Part shown: one piece after another, positions 36,796-45,720 of the stretch
Layout of the letters: each line of letters begins with the position of its first letter
Numbering within the stretch: the first letter of the stretch is position 1
Assembly: GCA_965202985.1 (NCBI GenBank)
Contig: CBDBCF010000001.1
Coordinates: 2,208,001 to 2,272,000 of the forward strand
Source of the DNA: Longimicrobiales bacterium
Lineage (GTDB): Bacteria > Gemmatimonadota > Gemmatimonadetes > Longimicrobiales > Gaopeijiaceae
Length of the DNA: 64,000 bases
Direction of reading: 5' to 3'
The notes under the pieces: generated by a model
Seen by the model: only the letters and a program-made list of their open reading frames with translations
What the model was told of the DNA's origin: nothing
Databases searched by the model: none
Made by a program: the position numbers and the translations under genes

Positions 36796-38571
36796 CTAGC
36801 CCGCTAGTTTCTGGTAGGCGGAAGCGACTTCGGCTGCGTAGTTGTCGCGAAGTATCCTGCGGTCTACGGGAAAATGCTGAATGAAGGTCTTGGAGTACGA
36901 CCACCATCCTCCCAGATAGGGCTTGCTGGTAGTCCTGACGAACTCGTGCATCCTTTCGCTGTTCAACTCCGCAACCAAGTCCGTTAGCGACATGTTTCGC
37001 ACGGGCTTGACGGCATATCCCGAATAGAAGAGAGATTCGGCGTCTTCGCATATCTGGAAGTTCGGCCTCTTATTCACGCCCGAGGTCAGAATCTTGACGC
37101 CGAGAGCGGTCCTGATGCCTACATGCCTTCCATATCCGTGCCACTTCCGCTCGTCGACACGTCCCTTGTCGCGAGCCAGCAATGTCTTCTTGTTGCGGGC
37201 CAGCCATTCGGCGGCCAAGGGGTGCTGCCGGCACATCTTCGCAAACGGCACCAGCTGACCAGAGCTGCTGTAAGGGTATATTGCGACGCGGCGAATTGGA
37301 TCCGTGCCGTTCTTCATCACCGACGCCTTGTAGATGCGACGGACGCTGCCCTTCTCCAGCTGTACCTCCACATTTCCGTCCGTGCACGTTACAACCGCGT
37401 CGTCTTCATCCACGACCGTCAGGATGAACACGCGGTCCGCGAGAGTCTGCACTCCTACTCGGATCTCGGCGATGTCGCCCAGACGGACACCATGTTGCTC
37501 GAGTCGATGAAGGTTCTTCCGCTGTTCCGGGTTCGTGAGCGTCCACATCGGAGAGAGCGCATCGATGCGGTAGCCGTTCCGGGGGACGACCGTGTTCCGC
37601 TTGATCACGGCCTTGGCCGCGTTGATCCGTCGGCTGCGTCCGCCCTTCTCGACTCGGGCAATCGCGGTGTAGGTCGTAACGGACGGAAACACTTGGTGTC
37701 CCTCGAAGTCGACGATCTTGCGCACGCGATGGTTGGCGGACAGCTGGGTGCGGAGCGCGCGGCCCGCGGCTGATTTGAGCCAGCTGTTGGGCGTGATGAA
37801 GGAGACTTGGCCGCCGGGACGCAACAGGTCCAGGCCCGCCTCGAAGAACAGGAAATAGAGGTCGCCGCATCCGTTCACGAAGCGCCAGCCGCCGGACGCG
37901 ATCTGCTCTCGGCGGCCGTGTTCGAGGTGCTGGATCCGAACGTACGGCGGATTGCCGACGACGTAGTCGAACGAATTTGCGTGCCGACGCCACTCTGCGC
38001 GGTTCAGTATGTCCAGGCGTCGTATCTGCCAGTCCACGGGCGGTGCCTCGCTTCCCAGCACCTGATCACATACGCCGGTCAAGCGGGCCTTGCACGCCTC
38101 GATGGCTTGGTCGTCGATCTCGAACCCGGTCAGCCACTCGAGCGAGTCGAGGTAGCCGGTCCGAGGGCCGAACTCGCCGATCTTCTCGCAAATCCGCTGA
38201 ACGCACCCCGCCAAGAACGCCCCGTCGCCGCAGGCCGGTTCACATATGCGAACGGACTTGGGATCGCTGGGCAGCAGATCGTCGAGCATGAACGCAACCA
38301 CGTGGAGCGGCGTGTACACGACGCCGGCTTGCTTTGCGCTCCACGCCACCTCCGTGTCGGTGCGGGGATCGGTTGCGCCGGCGACCGGTCCGAACAGGCT
38401 GGCGCGGCTCCGGCGATCGGCAACGTTCGGTTCGCGGACGGCTGCACTGGCGTTCAGCGCAAAGACGGAACGGTCCGGACCTCCGGCTGGAGCCCAACGG
38501 GACCCCAGAGGCGATCCGCCGCCGTCGGCCGGTCGCGCCCCGGCCAAGTCGTCTCGACGCGAAGTCGTCAT
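36796..38571 (-). CDS. Orphan N6-adenine DNA methyltransferase (gamma class, Eco57I/TaqI-like); start uncertain
   Basis: GVVYTP, EPACGDGAFL, GFEID, VVGNPPYVRIQ, DLYFLFFE, FITPNSWL. Confidence 0.85.
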   Translation of the reverse strand: MTTSRRDDLAGARPADGGGSPLGSRWAPAGGPDRSVFALNASAAVREPNVADRRSRASLFGPVAGATDPRTDTEVAWSAKQAGVVYTPLHVVAFMLDDLLPSDPKSVRICEPACGDGAFLAGCVQRICEKIGEFGPRTGYLDSLEWLTGFEIDDQAIEACKARLTGVCDQVLGSEAPPVDWQIRRLDILNRAEWRRHANSFDYVVGNPPYVRIQHLEHGRREQIASGGWRFVNGCGDLYFLFFEAGLDLLRPGGQVSFITPNSWLKSAAGRALRTQLSANHRVRKIVDFEGHQVFPSVTTYTAIARVEKGGRSRRINAAKAVIKRNTVVPRNGYRIDALSPMWTLTNPEQRKNLHRLEQHGVRLGDIAEIRVGVQTLADRVFILTVVDEDDAVVTCTDGNVEVQLEKGSVRRIYKASVMKNGTDPIRRVAIYPYSSSGQLVPFAKMCRQHPLAAEWLARNKKTLLARDKGRVDERKWHGYGRHVGIRTALGVKILTSGVNKRPNFQICEDAESLFYSGYAVKPVRNMSLTDLVAELNSERMHEFVRTTSKPYLGGWWSYSKTFIQHFPVDRRILRDNYAAEVASAYQKLAG

Positions 38572-38761
38572 TCCTCCAAGGTACGGAATCGGCGCGTGGC
38601 TTGCCACCCCGCAGTTCTCCCGGGCGTCCCCGTTTCGGGCGCGAGAATGACACGGCTGCTCGTGCCGACATACCTTGAATGGGCCGGCTGGGCCCGACTC
38701 GCAAGCTCGGGCCGCGATCCGGCGTGCGAGGGCCACTAGGAAGGGGGGCGCGGACAACTCT

Positions 38762-40147
38762 ATGGACCGACGAGGTTTTCTGAAGACCGGCGCGGCGGGT
38801 GCGGCCGGAGGAGCGCTGGCCGGGTGCGGCGGGACCGGTGAACCGACTTACGGCGGCAGCGAAAGGGACCGGCCTGCGACCTCTGCCGTCCCCGACCGGC
38901 TGGGTTCGTCCCCGGCCCAGCCGCTGTCGGTGCCGGCGATCGAGGAGGTGCGGATCGGTTTCGTGGGCGTCGGGGGGATGGGGACCGCCCATGTGCGCAA
39001 CTTGGTGCGGATCGAGGGGTGCGCGGTGACGGCGGTGTGCGACGTGGTGGAGGCTCACGCCGAGCGGGCCGCCGGAATCGTCGAGGAGGCGGGTCGCGCC
39101 CGCCCGGCCCTCTACACGCGGGGCGAGACCGACTTCGCGCGCCTTTGCGCGGAGGAGGAGCTGGACTTGGTGTACACGGCGACGCCATGGCGGTGGCACG
39201 TGCCGGTGTGCGTTGCCGCCATGGAGAACGGGAAGCACGCCGCCACCGAGGTTCCCGCCGCGTACACGCTGGACGACTGCTGGCGGCTGGTCGAGACCGC
39301 CGAGGCGACCGAACGCCACTGCGTCATGATGGAGAACGTGAACTACGGCCGCGCGGAGCTGCTCTGCCTGAACTTGGTGCGCCAGGGGTTGCTGGGCGAA
39401 GTCCTCCACGCCGAGTGCGGGTACCTGCACGACCTGCGGGCGATCAAGTTCGCCGACGAGGGCGAGGGGCTGTGGCGCCGCGACCACTCGTGGACCCGGA
39501 ACGGCAACCTCTACCCCACGCACGGCTTGGGTCCCGTCGCCAACTGCATGGACGTGAACCGGGGCGACCGCTTCGACTACTTGGTGTCGATGAGCAGCCC
39601 GTCCCGAGGCCTGCAGGAATGGGCGGAGACCCACTACCCCGAAGGCCATCCAAAGCGCGACGAGACCTTCGCCCTGGGCGACGTGAACGGCAGCCTGATC
39701 AAGACCGCCCTTGGACGCACGATCTACGTTTCCCACGACACGAACTTGCCGCGCCCCTACAGCCGCATCAACCAAGTGCAGGGGACTCGAGGCGTCTTCC
39801 AGGGATACCCGGACCGCGTGCACGTCGAGGGCCGCAGCCCCGCGCACCAGTGGGAAGACGCCGAGGCGTACTACGACGACTTCGAGCACCCGCTGTGGCA
39901 GGCGCTGCGGGAGGCGTCGGTCGGCGCCGGCCACGGCGGCATGGACTTCATGGAGGACTATCGGCTGGTCAAGTGCCTGCGCGAGGGGCTGCCCACCGAC
40001 ATGAACGTCTACGACGCCGCGGCGCTGAGCGCGGTGTGCGAGCTCTCCGAAATCAGCGTGGCCAACGGCAGCGCGCCCGTGGCTTTCCCCGACTTCACCC
40101 GGGGCCGCTGGCGGGAGTGGGCGCCGTGGCCGATCGTGGAGGCATAA
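38762..40147 (+). CDS. Tat-exported GH109 / Gfo-Idh-MocA NAD-dependent glycosidase (alpha-N-acetylgalactosaminidase-like)
   Basis: MDRRGFLK, GFVGVGGMG, ATPWRWH, ATEVPAA, MMENVNY, YPTHGLGP, GHGGMD. Confidence 0.88.
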   Translation: MDRRGFLKTGAAGAAGGALAGCGGTGEPTYGGSERDRPATSAVPDRLGSSPAQPLSVPAIEEVRIGFVGVGGMGTAHVRNLVRIEGCAVTAVCDVVEAHAERAAGIVEEAGRARPALYTRGETDFARLCAEEELDLVYTATPWRWHVPVCVAAMENGKHAATEVPAAYTLDDCWRLVETAEATERHCVMMENVNYGRAELLCLNLVRQGLLGEVLHAECGYLHDLRAIKFADEGEGLWRRDHSWTRNGNLYPTHGLGPVANCMDVNRGDRFDYLVSMSSPSRGLQEWAETHYPEGHPKRDETFALGDVNGSLIKTALGRTIYVSHDTNLPRPYSRINQVQGTRGVFQGYPDRVHVEGRSPAHQWEDAEAYYDDFEHPLWQALREASVGAGHGGMDFMEDYRLVKCLREGLPTDMNVYDAAALSAVCELSEISVANGSAPVAFPDFTRGRWREWAPWPIVEA

Positions 40148-40161
40148 GGAAGGAGTGTCCC

Positions 40162-40385
40162 ATGACCACCGAAGCCCAATTGGCGGAGATCATCGCAGCG
40201 GGCGAGAGCGACCGCGTCGAGTTCAACGAGTCTCTCTCGGGCAAACGCCAAGGAGGGCATCCGACAGGCGATCTGCGCGTTCGCGAACGATCTGCCCCGG
40301 AGCGGAAAAAGCAGGAACGGTGGTCGTCGGAGTCCGGGACGACGGATCGCTTGCCGGCCTCGAGGTCACCGATCGCATGTTAATT
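40162..40385 (+). pseudogene. Truncated, doubly frameshifted AlbA_2 (Schlafen-like) domain remnant
   Basis: Three frames join as MTTEAQLAEIIAAGESDRVEFNESLSG / AKEGIRQAICAFANDLP / GAEKAGTVVVGVRDDGSLAGLEVTDRML; RBS AAGGAG retained. Confidence 0.75.
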
Positions 40386-40414
40386 CGCAGGTCGACTTAT
40401 GGAGAAGACGACTC

Positions 40415-43225
40415 ATGACAAACCGTGACGACAGATGGCGCCGGACGGCGGCATCGCCGACGCAGACGACGGGAGCGTTCGCTTGGCTGGCGGCAGCGAT
40501 GGTGCTCGCCGTGGGCGCCTTGCTCTTGGCCGGTGGCCCGCGCGTGGCCGCCCAGCAGGTCCCCACGCCCGAATCGGTGCTGGGCCACCGGGTGGGCGCC
40601 GACTTCCACTTGACCACCTTCGAGGAGTCGATCGAGTACTTCGAGCGGCTGGACGGGGCCAGCGACCGGCTGGCGCTTCGGCAGGTGGGGCGTTCGTCGT
40701 ACGGGCGGCCGGTGTACATCGCGCTGATCTCGAGCGCCGAAAACCTGCGCAACGTCGAGCGGCACCGGGAGATCGCGCGGCGGCTGGCCCATCCGAAGGG
40801 GCTGACCGACGACGAGGCGCGGGCGCTGGCCGCGGAGGGCAGGGCGATCGTGCACATCGACGGCGGGCTGCACTCGACCGAGGTCGCGCACGCCGAGCAC
40901 ACGATCCAGCTGGCGCACGACCTGGTCGCCGGCGACGACGACGATCCCGAGATCAGGGCGATTCTGGACAACGTGATCCTCATGCTCTGGCCGTCGATCA
41001 ACCCCGACGGGCAGACGATGATCACCGAGTGGTACCGGTCCAACCTGGGCACGCCCTACGAAGTGGCGTCGGCGCCGTTCCTCTATCAGAAGTACGTCGG
41101 CCACGACAACAACCGGGACGGGTACATGATCAACCAGATCGAGTCCCGGATGGCCACGCGGGTGACGCGCGAGTGGGAGCCGCAGATCCTTTACAACCAT
41201 CACCAGAGTTCGCCGTTCCCGACGCGGATATGGATTCCGCCCTTCGCGGAGCCGATCTCTCCGCACGTGCATCCACTCATGTGGCGAACGGTCAACTTGA
41301 TCGGCATGTCGATGGCGCAGGCGCTGGAGGAGCGCGGCCAGAAGGGCGCCACGCACATGGGCACGGGCTTCGACAACTGGTACCCGGGCTTCATGGACCA
41401 CGCGCACAACTTCCACAACGTCGCGTCGTTCCTGACCGAGACGGCACTGTACCGCTACGCCACACCGCACTTCTACACGATAGGGGACTTTCCCGGGAAC
41501 ACGCGGGAGCTCCGCCCCCAGTCCCTCTACAGCAGCCCCTGGGAGGGCGGCTGGTGGCGGCTCCGGGACGCCGTGGACTACATGCTCACCGCGTCGATCT
41601 CGGTGCTGGACGTGGCGGCCAAGTACCGCACCGACATCTTGTACAACCGCTATCAAGCGGGGCGAGACGTGATCGCCCAGTATCGGGAAGAGCCTCCGTA
41701 CGCGTTCTTCGTTCCCCAGGACCAGCGGGACCCGGTGGCGGCGGTGGAGATGCTTCGGCGCTTGGCCTACAACGGCATCGAGGTGCACCAGCTTGCCCAG
41801 GGACTCGAGTTCGAAGGGATCGCGCATCCGGCGGGGACCTGGGTGATCCCTATGGACCAGGAGTTCGCCAACTTCGTCCGGCAGCTCTTTGCGGTGCAGG
41901 AGTACCCGGACCTGCGCCAGTATCCGGAGGGGCCGCCCGACCAGCCCTACGACGTGTCGGGGTGGACGCTGCCCTACCTGATGGGCGTGCGCGTCGTCGA
42001 GGCGGCGTCGCCGTTGACCGAAGACGTGCGCGACGCGATGAGCGCGCTGGTCGGCGAGCCCCTTGCTTGGGACGCGGAGGTGGAGGACGCTGCGCCTTTC
42101 GATTCCCCCCCTGGGGTCGGCTTCGACAGCCATCCCGTGGCGACGGCGATCGTGCCTCCTGCCGGGAACGCCGGGAGCGGCGGCGGACTCGTGGCGGACC
42201 CGGCGCAGAACAACGCCTTCAAGGCGCTCAACCGCGCATGGGCGAGCGGGGGACAGGTGCGGTTCGTGCCGGGTGCGGGCGGCGAGGGCGGGGCGGCCGG
42301 CAGCTCGGGGCGGTACGTGATCGCGGGGCTCTCGGGAGCTGCTCGGAGCGCGCTGGCGTCGGAGCTGCACTTGCGGCGCGCGGAGGGCGGCACCGGTGGC
42401 CGGTCGGGGGTGGATCTGCCCCGTCCCAGAGTGGGCCTCTACCGCCCGTGGGACCCGTCGATGGACGAAGGCTGGACGCGCTGGCTGCTGGAGGCCTACG
42501 ACTTCGAGTTCTCCAGCTTGTACAACGCCGAAGTGCTGGCGGGCGATCTTCGGGAGCGCTACGACGTGATCGTCTTGGCCGACATGCGCGCCGGGCGGAT
42601 TCTGGAAGGCTTCGCCAAGGGATCGGCGCCTCCGCGCTACGCGGGTGGCATTGGCAGCGAGGGAGTTCGCGAGCTGGACGAGTTCGTGCGTGGCGGCGGC
42701 ACGCTGGTGGCGCTCAACCAAGCCAGCTTGTTTGCTGTCGACCAGCTTCGCCTGCCGGTCGAGAACGTGGTGGCGGAACTGGAGCCCGCCGAGTACTTCA
42801 TGAGCGGATCGATCCTGGAGATGGAAGTCGACCCGTCGCACCCCGTCATGTCCGGGATGCCCGCGCGGGCCAAGGTCGTCGTGGAGCGAAGCCCCGTCTT
42901 CACGACCAAAGAGGACTTCGATGGGGCGGTCTTGGCCAGGTACCCGGAGGATCGGTCGCCCTTGCTTTCCGGCTACTTGCTGGGGGAAGAGCATGTGCAG
43001 GGGTACGCCGCCGCCTTGGACGTGGCGCACGGAGATGGACGCGTCGTCCTGCTGGGCATGAAGCCCCAGTGGCGCGGCCAGCCCTTCGGCAACTTCCGAA
43101 TTCTGTTCAACGCGCTGCTGTACGGCGCACCAGTCGCAGGCGTCGCACCGTCGAATCCCGACTTCTGGAAGGTCCCGGACGGAGACGAAGCCTCTGCCGA
43201 AGAAACGTCCAACGACGAAGCTTGA
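40415..43225 (+). CDS. Secreted M14-family zinc carboxypeptidase with C-terminal GATase-like domain
   Basis: GLHSTE, INPDG, HDNNRD, YNHHQ; C-terminal MDEGWTRW, FVRGGGTLVA. Confidence 0.85.
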   Translation: MTNRDDRWRRTAASPTQTTGAFAWLAAAMVLAVGALLLAGGPRVAAQQVPTPESVLGHRVGADFHLTTFEESIEYFERLDGASDRLALRQVGRSSYGRPVYIALISSAENLRNVERHREIARRLAHPKGLTDDEARALAAEGRAIVHIDGGLHSTEVAHAEHTIQLAHDLVAGDDDDPEIRAILDNVILMLWPSINPDGQTMITEWYRSNLGTPYEVASAPFLYQKYVGHDNNRDGYMINQIESRMATRVTREWEPQILYNHHQSSPFPTRIWIPPFAEPISPHVHPLMWRTVNLIGMSMAQALEERGQKGATHMGTGFDNWYPGFMDHAHNFHNVASFLTETALYRYATPHFYTIGDFPGNTRELRPQSLYSSPWEGGWWRLRDAVDYMLTASISVLDVAAKYRTDILYNRYQAGRDVIAQYREEPPYAFFVPQDQRDPVAAVEMLRRLAYNGIEVHQLAQGLEFEGIAHPAGTWVIPMDQEFANFVRQLFAVQEYPDLRQYPEGPPDQPYDVSGWTLPYLMGVRVVEAASPLTEDVRDAMSALVGEPLAWDAEVEDAAPFDSPPGVGFDSHPVATAIVPPAGNAGSGGGLVADPAQNNAFKALNRAWASGGQVRFVPGAGGEGGAAGSSGRYVIAGLSGAARSALASELHLRRAEGGTGGRSGVDLPRPRVGLYRPWDPSMDEGWTRWLLEAYDFEFSSLYNAEVLAGDLRERYDVIVLADMRAGRILEGFAKGSAPPRYAGGIGSEGVRELDEFVRGGGTLVALNQASLFAVDQLRLPVENVVAELEPAEYFMSGSILEMEVDPSHPVMSGMPARAKVVVERSPVFTTKEDFDGAVLARYPEDRSPLLSGYLLGEEHVQGYAAALDVAHGDGRVVLLGMKPQWRGQPFGNFRILFNALLYGAPVAGVAPSNPDFWKVPDGDEASAEETSNDEA

Positions 43226-43230
43226 CGGAC

Positions 43231-45720
43231 ATGGTCCTGCCGCTACGAAAGCGCCGGCGCGGTTCCGAGTGCCCAGCGCGGTTGGGGCTCTGCCTTGCGA
43301 CGACGGGGCTCGCCGTCCTTGCCTGCGACAGCCCCACGGAGCCCCGGCCCGCGGCGGCGGCGCCCGCGACGTTGGCGCCCGCGGCAACTCTGGCCGGCGA
43401 CCATGTGCCGGGCGGGCGGATTCGCGTGTCGCCGGCGCGAGCCGCCTTCTTTCGGCGGAGCGGCGACGCGGTACAGCGCTTCGCCTTTGCCGCGCAGCTG
43501 CTTGATTCGTCGGGGGTGGCCGTCGCGCTTCCGGGTCCGATGGCGTGGACGATCGCGGGAGACGGCGGGTCCAGGCTTGCGGGACAGGGGCTGTCTGCCG
43601 ACCGACTCGCGGCGACGGCGGAGACGGAGTCCGTTGTCAAGGGACGCGACACGCTGACGGCGCGCCATGGATCGGCGTCGGGGCGGGCGACCGTCACCAA
43701 CTGGGATTGGCTGGAGAGCAGGTGGCAAGGCCGCGACTGGGTCCGTGCGGGCGGGTCGAGCTGCATCGTGGTTGCGGTCGCGGACCGCGCGGGGACCGCG
43801 GTGCCCCTGTCGGTGTTCCACGACCTGCACGGCGCGTCCCTGGCGCCCGAGACGGCGGAGCTGGACTCGATTTCGCTCGTTGCCGGCGCCGACTCGGCAC
43901 GACTGTGCGTCCGCGGACGGCAACCGGGGTCGGCCGGCCTCGCCGTGTCGGCTTGGGACACGACGACCTTTCGCTACGCGGGGAGCTGGCGGCGCCACCA
44001 CGTTCTCGCAGAACCGCTGACGCTGCGGTTTGCGGCGGACGAATGGGAGCTGGGCGTCGGCCAGGAGGAACCGCTGGCGTTGCAGACGAGGGGCAGCCAA
44101 GGGAACGCGGGAACGGCGCCCGCCTCGGAGGCGTCCGTGTCGTCGTCTCGCAAGGCGGTGGCGGAGATCGCGGAAGCAGGCGGCACGGTGGTCAGAGGCG
44201 TGGCCTCGGGCTCCGCGACCCTGTCGGCCTCGTACGCCGGCCTGGAAGCGCAGGCCCACATGGAAGTGCACGAGATCGTGGCAGTGCGCACGGGGGGCGG
44301 CGTCACCTGCGTTCTGCTGCGTCGGGGGACGCTGCGCTGCGCCGGCGAAGAGGGCCGCCTGCTCGGGTATGGGCGGGAGCGGACGGAGGGCGTCCTGTTG
44401 TTTCCCGACGCGCCGGACATACCGATGGGAGAGAGTCCGCTCGTCGACCTCGGGCGGGGAATGGCTAGCTACTTCGCGTGCGCCGTCCACGCGAACGCCG
44501 ACGTCCATTGCTGGGGCGCCGGAAGGCGCGGCCAACTGGGCTACGGCGACGGCCGAAACGTGGGCCGGTTCGAGACGCCCGCCGAGAAGGGACCCGTGCC
44601 CGTGGGGGGACGGGTGCGAAGCGTCGGCGTTGCGGGCGACCACGCGTGCGCGGTCATGGAGGGGTCGGGCGCGGTGCGGTGCTGGGGGGACAACACCGCC
44701 GGGCAGCTGGGCTACGGGTCCCTGGAGCCGGCGGTGGGAGACGACGAAACGCCGGCGTCGTTCGGCGATGTGCCGCTGGGCGGCAGGGCGATCCAGGTGG
44801 CGGGCGGTCGATTGCACACGTGTGCGCTGATGGAAAACGGCCGGGTTCGGTGCTGGGGGCTTGCCGGCGAGAACTGGGATCTGGCGAACGGAGAGCTGAT
44901 CGGCCGTTCCTACGGGCTCGGCTACGGCGATCGGTTCCCTCACGACGAAGCCCTTGGAGACGACGAGACGCCGGCGTCCGTGGGCGACCTGCCCCTGCCG
45001 GGACGGGCGGTGAAGATCTCCGTCGGGGGCTACCACACTTGCGCGCTGATGGCTCAGGGGACGGTCCGGTGCTGGGGTTCCGCTTGGTGGGGCGTCCTGG
45101 GCGACGGCGAGCGCGGCGCCCAACTGGACCACGTCTATGACGCCGCGAACTCGCCGGAGCTTGGGTTCGAGTCGCCCGTCGTCGACCTCGCGTCGCACTA
45201 CTTCCACAACTGCGCGCTCCTGGCCAACGGCTCGGTGCGCTGCTGGGGAGGCGGAGACCAGGGCGCGCTGGGCTTGGGACACGAGCGAAATATCGGCGAC
45301 GACGAGCCCGCGACGAGCGCGCCGCCCGTGCCGCTTGGAGGTCCCGCAACCGCCCTGGCCGTTTTCTACAAGGGAGGCTGCGCCGTGATGCGGGCCGGGG
45401 GCCTGCGCTGCTGGGGCAACCCCCGCGGGCTTGGCTTCACCGGCGTGCAGCTGGGCGACGACGAAGCGCCCGCAGAGGGCGGCGACGTTCGGGTCTTCGC
45501 AGGACCGCTGCGGCGAGAATCGGGCAGCTTGCAGGCGAGCCGCCTGCTTGTCGCGACGGCGGGCGAGGCGACTTTGACGACCGTGCTGTTCCGAGACCAC
45601 GGCCCGCTGGTGCGGCGGCAACTTGACCTCGGCTTGCGGCGCGGTCCGCTGTTCGGTCCCGAAGGCGTGCTCTCCGCAGACTCCCTGCCGCCGTCGTCTT
45701 CGTGGGTTCGCGCCAAGTGA
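43231..45720 (+). CDS. Lipoprotein with Ig-like (BIG2) domain and RCC1-like repeats
   Basis: VLACDSPTEP lipobox; SSSRKAVAEI..VRGVASGSATLSA; repeated HTCA..G.VRCWG..GQLGYG..GDDETPAS. Confidence 0.8.
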   Translation: MVLPLRKRRRGSECPARLGLCLATTGLAVLACDSPTEPRPAAAAPATLAPAATLAGDHVPGGRIRVSPARAAFFRRSGDAVQRFAFAAQLLDSSGVAVALPGPMAWTIAGDGGSRLAGQGLSADRLAATAETESVVKGRDTLTARHGSASGRATVTNWDWLESRWQGRDWVRAGGSSCIVVAVADRAGTAVPLSVFHDLHGASLAPETAELDSISLVAGADSARLCVRGRQPGSAGLAVSAWDTTTFRYAGSWRRHHVLAEPLTLRFAADEWELGVGQEEPLALQTRGSQGNAGTAPASEASVSSSRKAVAEIAEAGGTVVRGVASGSATLSASYAGLEAQAHMEVHEIVAVRTGGGVTCVLLRRGTLRCAGEEGRLLGYGRERTEGVLLFPDAPDIPMGESPLVDLGRGMASYFACAVHANADVHCWGAGRRGQLGYGDGRNVGRFETPAEKGPVPVGGRVRSVGVAGDHACAVMEGSGAVRCWGDNTAGQLGYGSLEPAVGDDETPASFGDVPLGGRAIQVAGGRLHTCALMENGRVRCWGLAGENWDLANGELIGRSYGLGYGDRFPHDEALGDDETPASVGDLPLPGRAVKISVGGYHTCALMAQGTVRCWGSAWWGVLGDGERGAQLDHVYDAANSPELGFESPVVDLASHYFHNCALLANGSVRCWGGGDQGALGLGHERNIGDDEPATSAPPVPLGGPATALAVFYKGGCAVMRAGGLRCWGNPRGLGFTGVQLGDDEAPAEGGDVRVFAGPLRRESGSLQASRLLVATAGEATLTTVLFRDHGPLVRRQLDLGLRRGPLFGPEGVLSADSLPPSSSWVRAK

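Noticed and set aside
40435..43230. N-terminal extension of the 1761-aa ORF, and similar extensions at 17459-18727, 36057-36734 and 62537-63868
   Set aside because: They overlap genuine upstream genes in another frame; real starts with signal peptides or RBS lie downstream
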